DNA from: an uncultured Christensenella sp.
Lineage (GTDB): Bacteria; Bacillota; Clostridia; Christensenellales; UBA3700
Direction: 5' to 3'
Length of the DNA: 64,000 bases
Assembly (NCBI GenBank): GCA_910584975.1
Contig: CAJUEA010000003.1
Location: forward strand, 34,236 to 98,235
The translations under genes and the position numbers were made by a program. Position 1 is the first letter of the stretch; each line of letters opens with the position of its first letter. Shown here piece by piece: positions 50,270 to 59,638 of this stretch. The notes below the pieces were generated by a model that worked only from the letters and a program-made list of their open reading frames with translations, searched no databases and was not told where the DNA came from.

Positions 50270-53200
50270 ATGTGTAATAAAAAAACTAATAATAAAATTT
50301 TTATTGTTGCAGTTTTAATTATCGCTTTGTTGTTAAGCACAATCGCATTAGTTGTGCCAAAAACAAATTTGCATAATAAAAACTTGCAACTAAATAATGA
50401 TACTAGTTATGAAGATAAAATTGCTAATTTAACAGAGGGTACATATTCTTTCACAAACAATGAGATTGTAAACGGCATCAACATAGATGAATATGTAAAC
50501 TATTATGCAAAAAATGCATCAGTTAAATATAGTGCAGCTAAAGTAAAATATGTTATGAGTGTGTATGGGAATGATGATATAGTCAATTTTATTCCAGAAG
50601 ATTTGTTTAAAACTACTGGTTTTAAACAGCATTTTGGTAAAAAATATGGGTTTGTTGTGAGCACATCAGAAAGATTAAATTGTCAGGCATTAATTTCTTC
50701 AGTAATGCTTGTAAAAATTACAACTTCTGATGTTTATGACTCGACATCTCACCTTAAAATAAGGGTGGAACCAATCTTTCAAGCAGATTTTGCTTATGTA
50801 AACAAAAGTATTACAAAAATGGTTGCAATAGAATATCAAAGTAAGGATATTTTTGTTAATAATTATCTTGATAAGGTTATAATGGATTATCAATGTGATG
50901 GGGAAGAATTTATTGTGCCTGTTCCAACTGATGCTTTGGGACTTAATATGGAATTTAAGCAACATAATAAATTAAGATTATCAAATCCAACAAATATGGT
51001 TTCATTGTATAATGTCAATGGACTAAATCCTTGGGATAATGGATTTGACCCATATAAAGATAAAGGAGCGTTTTTCAGTCAAATTGATTTTGCATATGAA
51101 GGAAAATATTTGGTGCCAACTCAATCGGATTATGCTGATATAGGTGAATTATCAGTAAATATGATTAGCACAACTTTTGATGCACTGGACTTGTTACATG
51201 CAATAGATAATTTGAAAGAATTAAAATATCTTAAATCAGTGTTCAAAGCTATGCCATATGTTGGAGTAGCATTTTCAACAATTGATATCATAGCAGATAT
51301 TGCAAAATTGACTAGCAAAGCGAAATTTGAAGAAATTGGAAAAGAAAAGAAATTTTCTTATAAGGCATTTTTTAATAATAAGGAGCAACAAATACAAAAT
51401 GGAGGATTGCAAAAAGATGCTACTATTGCAATAAAAATTAATGAACCTGGCAAACAATTTTTGGTTGGCACAGGTGATTTTTTTGAATTTGATTATCAAA
51501 TAAATACTCAAGACCCAAATGTCGATATGGTTTATGCAAGTATGTTTGTGTGTGATGTTTATCAAGCAAACACAGCTGGTTCGTTAAACAATAAATCTGA
51601 AACTATTTTATTGGGTAATGTTGCAAGTGTTTTTAGCAATGAACTAATAAACAATAAAGATAAAAATTACAAGGAAGTTCCTGCGATTGATATAGATCAA
51701 ACAAATTTGGATTACGAAACTATAAATATTTTGCCAAATAGAGAAAGTGTTATTAAGATAACGCCTAAATTTACTGGCAAGTTTGATTTGACAATGAGTG
51801 AAAATCCATATGCTAAATTTAAAGTTTATAGGGTGCTTAAAGCGGCTGTTATTGGTAAGGATTATCGATTTGGCAGTGTGTATGCAAGTAGCGTTATGAA
51901 AAATAATTGTGCAGTTATTGAAAATTTAAATTTAAACAACAATTTTTCTTATATTATTGTAGCTGATTTGCAAAATAATTCTGCTAATGATAAAATTAGT
52001 ACCCGTTATGATATTTTGAATTTAAATATTAAATTCTTAGCAAATGAAATACATTATGGTAGTAATAATTTAGAATTGGAAAACAAAGAGGAAATCATTG
52101 CTTTTAATTGTAAGTATAATATGTACTATTATTTTGATTTCAATAAAGAGCAATTTGAGTCAATCTTTTTGTTAAATAACGAATATGATATTGTACAAGA
52201 TTGTTTATTAAGTGATGAGATAAAAGTATCTTCAAATTATGGTAGCAAGGTAATATTTTTTAAAGTAGTATTTAAAGATAATGTTGATAGAACCATAGAT
52301 GTTTCAATAAGAGATGAAATGAATGTAATTTTTACAAATGCTGATAATACAATAAATGAGTTTGACAAGCAAATTATTATTAATACGCAAGACGAATTTT
52401 CTTTGCCACAACCAATAAAAAATGGATATGTATTTGAAGGTTGGATTATGAACAATGGCAATCCTGATATTATTATAAATAATCAAAACATTTTCCATTT
52501 TGCAAGACCTGATTTAGAGTTAATAGCAATATGGTCTGTGATTGAATATGATATAACCTTTGTGACAAATGGTGGAACATCAATTGATAGTGTAAAATAT
52601 AACATAAAATATTCTTTTGACTTAAATGGTTTAACTCCAACAAAAGATAGTTATCATTTTGCAGGTTGGTATGATAATCCACAATTTAGTGGTAGTAGAA
52701 TTAATGTGTTAAAAGCAGGCAATTATGGCGATAGAACTTATTATGCAAAATGGATAAAAAATCAACTGCAATTGGAACTTGATGTTAATAAAGCAGCAGT
52801 TGATGGTGTAGATGTTAAGATTAATCAAACTGATTTTGTAGTGAATTATGGTAAATCATATACCTTGCCAGTTCCATATGCCGATGGTTTTATTTTTGAA
52901 GGTTGGTATTATGGTAATAAAAAATTAACAAATGCTTATGGGATTAGCCTACAAGTTTTTGAAGAAGATTCAGATATTACTTTGACAGCGCATTGGGCAA
53001 GAGAAGTCTTTTATTTTAGGATTAATAAAAATAATGGCACCTATGTATGGCTAACGCAAATTGGGGATGAATTTGTTGTAATGCCAAATAAAGTTGGTAT
53101 TGAGTTTTCTGTAGGAATGTGTCCAAATTGCTTTATCATTGGACAGCTTGCACTGAAAAATGAAAATAGTGAATTAATTAGACAAAGATTATTCCGAGAA

Positions 53201-54892
53201 GGAAAATATTTTACACATATGTCAACTGCAAATTCAAAGGAAAGCTTTTGTTGGAAGGATATTAATGCCTTGTCATTGTTTGATAGGGACAAAACTTTTG
53301 CGTTATATCCACAATATAATACAGAAAAATATAGGATTGTAATTTCAAAAGATAAAGTATCACAAGAAGAATTTGTGCTTGAATATGGACAAAATTTATA
53401 TGAAAATGGCGTATTTTTGCCACAAGTAACTACAATTTTTGATGATAAAAATGGTTATTATGTTGATGGATATGAGGTGGCAGATGTTATTGAAAATTAT
53501 AAGTATAATGGTAGCCACTTTGCTATTGGCAGTGTTTTTAACTATAAGCAGATGCCTGATTTATCAAATCAATTTTTCACATATGATGACATATATTCCA
53601 TCTATCTGACGGCACATTATTCACCAAAGCATTATGTTGTAAATTTTGAAAATGTGGTTGATGAGTTGGAACCAATTGAAGTTGAATTTGGTGGAATTTA
53701 TACTTATAATAAAGCATTGCCTGTTCCATTGAAAAACGGCTATATTTTTGCTGGGTGGTGTGTTTCGGGAAATGGAGAGCCAATTTCAAATAATTTGGGA
53801 TACATTGAACAATGGAATATTGCAAGTGATTGTACACTATATGCAAAATGGGATATTGCCGAATTTACAATTACATTGGATGCTAATAGTGGTTCTGTTG
53901 ATCAAACTGAAATCAAGTATAATATTGAAATGGAAACATTTAAATTGCCTATTGCCTATAAAAGTTGGTATACATTTATGGGTTGGAAATATGGCAATCA
54001 AACTATTACTGAGTTAGAAACAGGAACCTATGGAGATATTGTTTTAGTTGCTGTATGGGATAAAGAAAAGGTTAACGCAATTATTTTTGGAGAAAATATA
54101 ATAGATAGAAATGGATTAATAATTGATATTAGTTTGTCAGGGTCGTTAATTAGTCAATCTTTTATAATCGAAGATACAGTTAGTGAGATAACATTTACGG
54201 GAAGATTGTTACCTATGTCATATAAAACAATTAAAATCAAACCTAGAACTAAAGATTTGTCAATAAAATTAAAACAATTTAATGTTTATGGAAATTATAA
54301 TGGATCTGTTATTGATGCTAGCGAATGTCATACTTTAAATTTAATTGTGGATGGAAAAAACTTTTTAGGTTCAGGAAACAAATTTTTGACAACTGTAGAT
54401 TCTATTAAGGCTGCAATTATGTGTCAAAATATTAATATTTCAGGGACTAATAATGGAGAGTTAGAATTGCTGGGTGGTGCAGGTTTTGGGCTAGTAGATA
54501 ATAAGCATGGTTTGTCTGGTTCGTCTGGTATTTATGGAACTGGAAGTACAATGAGAATATCAAATGTCAAATTGACGGCAACTGGTGGCAATGGCTATGG
54601 TGGATATGTTGATAACAATGGCGGCATTGGTGGTAATGGTGGCAATGGCGGACATGGTATATACTTTTATGGTAGAATTATAGTAAATGATAGTAGTAAA
54701 GTTGTTGCAAAAGCAGGTAATGGTGGTAATGCTGGTAGTCGTGGCAGGCCTGGTAGTCCTGGTTCACCGGTTATTGCGTCTGATGGGGTTTCAGGTACAA
54801 TTGAAAGAATATATGGAGATTCTGGTAGTTATTCATTGAATTCATATGACTTTGTAGAAAATGAAATACAATTAGATACTAATATTGCATAA
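50270..54892 (+). CDS. Giant N-terminally anchored surface protein with Listeria-Bacteroides (Flg_new/InlB B-repeat type) repeats and a glycine-rich C-terminal region
   Basis: ATG at 50270 after ggggga. 1540 aa. Signal-anchor IFIVAVLIIALLLSTIALVV. At least 5 repeats of the type GY.F.GW......G........L.A.W between about 52320 and 54065. Tail GGNGYGGYVDNNGGIGGNGGNGGHG...GNGGNAGSRGRPGSPGSP. No LPXTG. Confidence 0.8.
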   Translation: MCNKKTNNKIFIVAVLIIALLLSTIALVVPKTNLHNKNLQLNNDTSYEDKIANLTEGTYSFTNNEIVNGINIDEYVNYYAKNASVKYSAAKVKYVMSVYGNDDIVNFIPEDLFKTTGFKQHFGKKYGFVVSTSERLNCQALISSVMLVKITTSDVYDSTSHLKIRVEPIFQADFAYVNKSITKMVAIEYQSKDIFVNNYLDKVIMDYQCDGEEFIVPVPTDALGLNMEFKQHNKLRLSNPTNMVSLYNVNGLNPWDNGFDPYKDKGAFFSQIDFAYEGKYLVPTQSDYADIGELSVNMISTTFDALDLLHAIDNLKELKYLKSVFKAMPYVGVAFSTIDIIADIAKLTSKAKFEEIGKEKKFSYKAFFNNKEQQIQNGGLQKDATIAIKINEPGKQFLVGTGDFFEFDYQINTQDPNVDMVYASMFVCDVYQANTAGSLNNKSETILLGNVASVFSNELINNKDKNYKEVPAIDIDQTNLDYETINILPNRESVIKITPKFTGKFDLTMSENPYAKFKVYRVLKAAVIGKDYRFGSVYASSVMKNNCAVIENLNLNNNFSYIIVADLQNNSANDKISTRYDILNLNIKFLANEIHYGSNNLELENKEEIIAFNCKYNMYYYFDFNKEQFESIFLLNNEYDIVQDCLLSDEIKVSSNYGSKVIFFKVVFKDNVDRTIDVSIRDEMNVIFTNADNTINEFDKQIIINTQDEFSLPQPIKNGYVFEGWIMNNGNPDIIINNQNIFHFARPDLELIAIWSVIEYDITFVTNGGTSIDSVKYNIKYSFDLNGLTPTKDSYHFAGWYDNPQFSGSRINVLKAGNYGDRTYYAKWIKNQLQLELDVNKAAVDGVDVKINQTDFVVNYGKSYTLPVPYADGFIFEGWYYGNKKLTNAYGISLQVFEEDSDITLTAHWAREVFYFRINKNNGTYVWLTQIGDEFVVMPNKVGIEFSVGMCPNCFIIGQLALKNENSELIRQRLFREGKYFTHMSTANSKESFCWKDINALSLFDRDKTFALYPQYNTEKYRIVISKDKVSQEEFVLEYGQNLYENGVFLPQVTTIFDDKNGYYVDGYEVADVIENYKYNGSHFAIGSVFNYKQMPDLSNQFFTYDDIYSIYLTAHYSPKHYVVNFENVVDELEPIEVEFGGIYTYNKALPVPLKNGYIFAGWCVSGNGEPISNNLGYIEQWNIASDCTLYAKWDIAEFTITLDANSGSVDQTEIKYNIEMETFKLPIAYKSWYTFMGWKYGNQTITELETGTYGDIVLVAVWDKEKVNAIIFGENIIDRNGLIIDISLSGSLISQSFIIEDTVSEITFTGRLLPMSYKTIKIKPRTKDLSIKLKQFNVYGNYNGSVIDASECHTLNLIVDGKNFLGSGNKFLTTVDSIKAAIMCQNINISGTNNGELELLGGAGFGLVDNKHGLSGSSGIYGTGSTMRISNVKLTATGGNGYGGYVDNNGGIGGNGGNGGHGIYFYGRIIVNDSSKVVAKAGNGGNAGSRGRPGSPGSPVIASDGVSGTIERIYGDSGSYSLNSYDFVENEIQLDTNIA

Positions 54893-54941
54893 TAATATAA
54901 TGTCAAACATTTATATAATTATTAGATGAATTTCAAATTAT

Positions 54942-54979
54942 AAAAAATTAGGTTGAGTTTTACTTGACCTAATTTTTTG
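54942..54979 (+). terminator. Rho-independent terminator after the giant gene
   Basis: aaaaaattaggt (54942-54953) pairs with acctaatttttt (54967-54978). Confidence 0.75.
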
Positions 54980-55179
54980 TGAATATTAGTAAATACTGCA
55001 AAAAAGGTCAATACTTGAATAAGAGTATGTTTTTGTCGTTTTATAGAAATTAGGGCTAATATTTTTTTGTAAAAATTGCATATAATTGAAATTGCAGAAA
55101 CATAGTTGTTTATTTAAAGTTATTTTTAGTATAATTTTTGCATAAAAATATAAAAATGCATAAAAAATTTGAATAAATC

Positions 55180-55208
55180 TTGCTTTTATAAATTATTTAT
55201 GCTAGAAT
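55180..55208 (+). promoter_or_regulatory. Sigma-A type promoter for asp23-nusB-folD
   Basis: TTGCTT (55180-55185), 17-nt spacer ending in TG, TAGAAT (55203-55208). Confidence 0.5.
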
Positions 55209-55257
55209 ATATTTGTATATTTATAAATAAAAACTTTTATATATTTTAAGGAGCAAT

Positions 55258-55590
55258 ATGGATAATACATTAAATCAAAATACTTATATAAGTTTAATTG
55301 CATCAATAATTTCCGGCGCGGCATCTAAGGCAAAAGGTGTGGCATCTATCAGCACGGAAAGTGGTATAATCAACAAGTTTACATCCAAAGATGGCTATGA
55401 CGGAATGGAAATTGTTATCACTCATACAAATATGGTGGTAATTTCTTTGTCAATCAATGCATATTTTGGCTATCCATTGCCTGAAATAGTAAGTGAATTG
55501 CAAAACACAATCAAAAAAGATATTGAAGAGCAAACAAGTTTTAAAGTTAAAGCTATCAATGTAAATGTTGTTGGTGTTGTTTTTGTTTAA
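55258..55590 (+). CDS. Asp23/Gls24-family (alkaline shock) protein
   Basis: 110 aa. IASIISGAASKAKGVASI and VNVNVVGV are typical of Asp23. Position upstream of nusB. Confidence 0.8.
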   Translation: MDNTLNQNTYISLIASIISGAASKAKGVASISTESGIINKFTSKDGYDGMEIVITHTNMVVISLSINAYFGYPLPEIVSELQNTIKKDIEEQTSFKVKAINVNVVGVVFV

Positions 55591-55715
55591 GTAAAAATCA
55601 AGCAAATTGCAAGGTGGCAATTTGTTGTGTTTGTGGACAATTGTAGTTTTAAGCAAAATTAAATAGCAATCATATGAAAAAATAAGAGAAGTCAAAAGTA
55701 TTATTGAGGATAAAA

Positions 55716-56150
55716 ATGAGTAAAAATGAAGTGAAAAATGAAAAAATTACAAGCAGAAGAAAGGCAAGAGATTATACATATCAATTGATTTTCAGCTTTC
55801 TTTTTAGTGGTGAAAAGGACGAAATGTTGTGGCAAAAAATAAGTGAGGACAAGCATATTCTTGATGATGATTTGGATTATATCTCCACAACTTTTGACAA
55901 GATGGCTGCAAACATTGACGAAATAAAAAGCATTATTGCAAAGTTTGCAATTGGCTATCAGTTGGATAGAATTTACAAGCCAGATCTTGCAGTGCTTATT
56001 TTGGCAGTTTGCGAAATGAAATATGTTGATGAAGTGCCTGACGAGGTGGCTATCAGTGAGGCTGTTTCTATTGTAAAAAAATATTCAACAGCAAAAAGTG
56101 GTCCATTTGTAAATGGCATTTTGGCAAGTGTTTATAAGGAGTTGAATTGA
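55716..56150 (+). CDS. nusB: Transcription antitermination factor NusB
   Basis: ATG at 55716 after SD gagga. 144 aa. RRKARDYTYQLIF...AVLILAVCEM...EAV..VKKY. Confidence 0.9.
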   Translation: MSKNEVKNEKITSRRKARDYTYQLIFSFLFSGEKDEMLWQKISEDKHILDDDLDYISTTFDKMAANIDEIKSIIAKFAIGYQLDRIYKPDLAVLILAVCEMKYVDEVPDEVAISEAVSIVKKYSTAKSGPFVNGILASVYKELN

Positions 56151-56151
56151 T

Positions 56152-56991
56152 ATGAGTTTGATAAATGGTAAGGAAGTTTCCAAAGCAACAAGAGAAAAAG
56201 TTGCCTTGATGGTTAAAGATTTTGTGGCTGATAAAGGCAGAGTGCCTTGTCTTGCAGTTATTCTTGTGGGAGAGGATCCAGCATCTCAAACTTATGTGAA
56301 AAACAAAATTATCGGTTGTGAAGAGGTTGGAATGAAGTCTTTGGCTTATCGATTACCAGCTGAAAGCACTAATGATGAGGTTGCTAAAATCATAAAAGAG
56401 CTTGCAGAGGATAGCAATGTGGATGGCATTTTGATTCAGTTGCCATTGCCAAAACAACTTGATGAGAGATATTTGTTGTCTTTGATTCCAGATAGCAAGG
56501 ATGTTGACGGATTTAGTCCAAACAATCTTGGATTGCTTGCAATGAACAATCCTCGAACAGTAAGTTGCACTCCTTACGGAGTAATGGAATTGCTTGCATC
56601 CACAGGCGTGGAGCTTAGTGGAAAGCACGCTGTTGTTATTGGCAGAAGTAACACAGTTGGCAAGCCTATGGCAATGTTGCTTTTGAATGCAAATTGCACA
56701 GTTACCATTTGCCATTCCAAAACAAAAAATATGAAAGACATCACAAAACAAGCAGACATTTTGGTTGTGGCAATCGGAAAACCAAAGTTTGTGACAGAAG
56801 AAATGGTTAAAGAAGGGGCGATTGTTATAGATGTTGGCATCAACAGAGTGGATGGAAAACTTGTGGGAGATGTAGATTTTGAGAATGTAAGCAAAAAAGC
56901 ATCTTTTATTACTCCAGTGCCAGGTGGCGTTGGACCAATGACAATTTCAATGCTACTTTACAATACACTTATGTGTGCAAAATATGAATAA
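56152..56991 (+). CDS. folD: Bifunctional methylenetetrahydrofolate dehydrogenase/cyclohydrolase
   Basis: 279 aa. PCLAVILVGEDPASQTYV, DGILIQLPLP, VVIGRSNTVGKPMA, PVPGGVGPMT. Confidence 0.95.
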   Translation: MSLINGKEVSKATREKVALMVKDFVADKGRVPCLAVILVGEDPASQTYVKNKIIGCEEVGMKSLAYRLPAESTNDEVAKIIKELAEDSNVDGILIQLPLPKQLDERYLLSLIPDSKDVDGFSPNNLGLLAMNNPRTVSCTPYGVMELLASTGVELSGKHAVVIGRSNTVGKPMAMLLLNANCTVTICHSKTKNMKDITKQADILVVAIGKPKFVTEEMVKEGAIVIDVGINRVDGKLVGDVDFENVSKKASFITPVPGGVGPMTISMLLYNTLMCAKYE

Positions 56992-57144
56992 TTTTGTAAT
57001 GGAGTGTACAAGTGTTGATTAAAATTATTGGCAAATGTTATTTAAGCGAATGTTTAATTTGTTTGCAGGATGAGGTGCCATTTCTGTCACATTAAAAAAC
57101 AAAATTAAATTAATAAGTTTAAGAAAAAGTTAATTATAATAAAA

Positions 57145-58332
57145 ATGGGCGATTTTGTTTCAGTAAGCCTTTTGACAGGCTATATAAAAAACATATTGGG
57201 AGCAGAAGAACTGTTGCACGATATCAAATTGGTGGGTGAGGTGTCTGGATTGCGTTGTTCAGGACCACACGCTTACTTTACACTTAAGGATGAAAATGCA
57301 CAAATCGCTTGCAATTGTTTTAGTTATGCAAAAACTTATCTGCCTAAAAATGGCGAAAGCGTTTGCCTTTTTGGTGGAGTGGATTTTTATCCACCGGGTG
57401 GAAAACTATCTTTTAATTGCAAAAAGATTGAGCCTTTGGGCAAGGGATTGCTTGCCTTGCAACTTGAACAACTCAAAAAAAAGCTTGCTGAGGCTGGTTA
57501 TTTTGATGAAAGACACAAAAAACCTATCCCAAAATATCCAAAAAATGTTTGCGTGCTAACAGCAAAAACAGGTGCAGTAATAAGAGATATTGTCAGCACT
57601 ATTCGCAAAAAAAATAACATTTTGGATATTGATGTTGTGGATGTCAAGGTGCAAGGGCAGTTTGCAGAAAACACAATTATAACTGCTTTAGATATGGTGG
57701 ATAAACTTGGATATGATGTGATTATCATTGCGCGTGGTGGCGGCTCAATGGAAGATTTAATGCCATTTAACAGCGAAAGATTGGTTTATAAAATTTTCGA
57801 TTGCAAAACGCCGATTATCTCTGCTGTGGGACATGAAACTGATTTCACTTTGTGTGATTTTGTAGCAGACAGACGAGTGCCAACCCCCACTGCCGGTGGC
57901 GAGCTTGTGGGATATGATGTGGCAGAACTCAAAAATACTTTGGCAGCATATTGCGATTTGTACAAAAAGCAACTTAACAATCGCTTGCAAAATGCAGAAT
58001 TGCAACTTATAAGCGCTGTAAAAACAGTGATAAACAAACTTAGCGTTAACATTGCGACAAGTGAAGGCAGATTGAAAAACTTATCTGCGAGTCTAGGCAA
58101 TATTTTTAAGGTAAAATGCCTTGAAGGCGAGCATTGCGTAAATAAGATTATGGCAAGAATTGATGCAAACAATCCAATAAGGATTTTGGGGCAAGGTTAC
58201 AGCAAATTGTACGGTGAGGATGGCTTTGCAACGGATATTGACAAAGTTAATATCGGTGAGAACATTACAATTTTGACACAAGGTGGAAAGATTGGTGCTG
58301 AAGTTAAAAACAAAACAGCAATAAACAAATAA
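57145..58332 (+). CDS. xseA: Exodeoxyribonuclease VII large subunit
   Basis: 395 aa. N-terminal OB fold (GEVSGLR.SGPHAYFTLKD), and ARGGGSMEDLMPFN. Confidence 0.92.
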   Translation: MGDFVSVSLLTGYIKNILGAEELLHDIKLVGEVSGLRCSGPHAYFTLKDENAQIACNCFSYAKTYLPKNGESVCLFGGVDFYPPGGKLSFNCKKIEPLGKGLLALQLEQLKKKLAEAGYFDERHKKPIPKYPKNVCVLTAKTGAVIRDIVSTIRKKNNILDIDVVDVKVQGQFAENTIITALDMVDKLGYDVIIIARGGGSMEDLMPFNSERLVYKIFDCKTPIISAVGHETDFTLCDFVADRRVPTPTAGGELVGYDVAELKNTLAAYCDLYKKQLNNRLQNAELQLISAVKTVINKLSVNIATSEGRLKNLSASLGNIFKVKCLEGEHCVNKIMARIDANNPIRILGQGYSKLYGEDGFATDIDKVNIGENITILTQGGKIGAEVKNKTAINK

Positions 58333-58348
58333 AAGAAGGATATTGATT

Positions 58349-58570
58349 ATGGAATTTGAAAAAGTATTGCAAGAGCTGGAAGAGATTGCAAAAAAAATGG
58401 AAGATAAAAACACAACTTTGGATGAGAGCTTGGCACTTTTTGATAAAGGCGTCAAAAAAAGCAGTGAGTGCATAAAAGTGCTTAACGAAACAAAAGGAAA
58501 GGCAGAGCTTTTGATAAAAGAACTGGATAATATAACAAAAACTGAATTGATACTTAATGAGGATAATTGA
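58349..58570 (+). CDS. xseB: Exodeoxyribonuclease VII small subunit
   Basis: 73 aa. FEKVLQELEEIAKKMED..TTLDESLALFDKG. Confidence 0.9.
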   Translation: MEFEKVLQELEEIAKKMEDKNTTLDESLALFDKGVKKSSECIKVLNETKGKAELLIKELDNITKTELILNEDN

Positions 58571-58611
58571 GTTGATTAGTTGACTTGCAATTTGAATCAA
58601 ATTGGAGAATA

Positions 58612-59481
58612 ATGAAAGAATTTTTGGCAGAAAACAAAAAAATATTTGAAAACTATTTGAGCACTCGTCTTAAGGAATTGGATGGCATGGCAGAGCCTAT
58701 TGGCAGTGCTGTTAAGTATGCATTGGATGGTGGAAAGAGGATACGACCTATATTGTGCATTTTGGGTGCAGAGTTTATGGGCAAAGGGTTTGAGGAGATA
58801 AAAAATCTTGCTTTGGGAGTGGAATGTATTCATAACTATTCTTTGTGCCATGACGATTTGCCTTGTATGGATAATGACGATTTAAGACACGGCAAGCCAA
58901 GCACTCACAAAAAGTTTGGCGAAGGTATGGGTGTGCTTGCAGGTGATGGCTTGCTTAATCTTGCTTTTGAATTTATGTTTGATGGAGAGCATAACCAAAA
59001 TTATTTTAAAGCAGTTGCTTACATTTCAAAAATGAGTGGCGTTTTTGGAATGGTTGGTGGTCAATGCATTGACATTGCAGCAGGAGATTTCAGACAAAAA
59101 ACATTGCAGGAAGTAATTGAGCTTAATATGCTAAAAACTGCTTGTTTATTCAAGGCAGCTTTGGTTGGTAGCAGTATCAGCCTTGGGGCAAATGACCAAG
59201 AGATTGAAAGCCTTGAAGAATTTGCAGAAAAAATAGGTTTGATTTTTCAAATTGTGGATGATATTTTGGATGTCACTTCAAATGAAAAGGAACTGGGAAA
59301 AAATATCAACAGCGATATAAAAGAAAACAAGATTACTTATCTTTCAATCTGTGGTATGGAAAAGGCAAAACAGGATATTTTGCATTTGGAAAATGAGGCG
59401 ATTGAGGCTGTCGCGAAATATGGAGATAGGGCAAATAATCTTATCAAACTTGCAAAATTTCTTACAAATCGAAGCAAATAA
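58612..59481 (+). CDS. ispA: Polyprenyl (farnesyl/geranylgeranyl) diphosphate synthase
   Basis: ATG at 58612 after ggaga. Aspartate-rich motifs DDLPCMDNDDLRHGKP and FQIVDDILD. Confidence 0.9.
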   Translation: MKEFLAENKKIFENYLSTRLKELDGMAEPIGSAVKYALDGGKRIRPILCILGAEFMGKGFEEIKNLALGVECIHNYSLCHDDLPCMDNDDLRHGKPSTHKKFGEGMGVLAGDGLLNLAFEFMFDGEHNQNYFKAVAYISKMSGVFGMVGGQCIDIAAGDFRQKTLQEVIELNMLKTACLFKAALVGSSISLGANDQEIESLEEFAEKIGLIFQIVDDILDVTSNEKELGKNINSDIKENKITYLSICGMEKAKQDILHLENEAIEAVAKYGDRANNLIKLAKFLTNRSK

Positions 59482-59595
59482 AAAGTCGAATTGATAAAAT
59501 AAAAATTAAAAAGCTATTGCAGTTTTGTTTGATTGCAAAATTAAATTGGTAATATAAAAAAGTTTGTTTGATTTTATGATTTTAAAAATAATCAT

Positions 59596-59614
59596 TCAAA
59601 AATCGGTATTAAAT
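59596..59614 (+). repeat. Motif copy TCAAAAATCGGTATTAAAT
   Basis: Matches at 17 of 19 positions. Ends 25 nt upstream of the dxs ATG. Confidence 0.7.
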
Positions 59615-59638
59615 AAAAAATGCTTAACAAGAGGGGAT

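Noticed and set aside
59564-59638. N-terminal extensions proposed by the ORF track (dxs 59564; also 8171, 9799, 20834, 27316, 38506, 42149, 43190, 49713, 50258, 55704, 58343, 58585, 61489)
   Set aside because: Each has a downstream ATG with a well-spaced GGAGG-like SD, and the homologous or signal-peptide sequence begins there. Most of the upstream starts are TTG/GTG without an SD.
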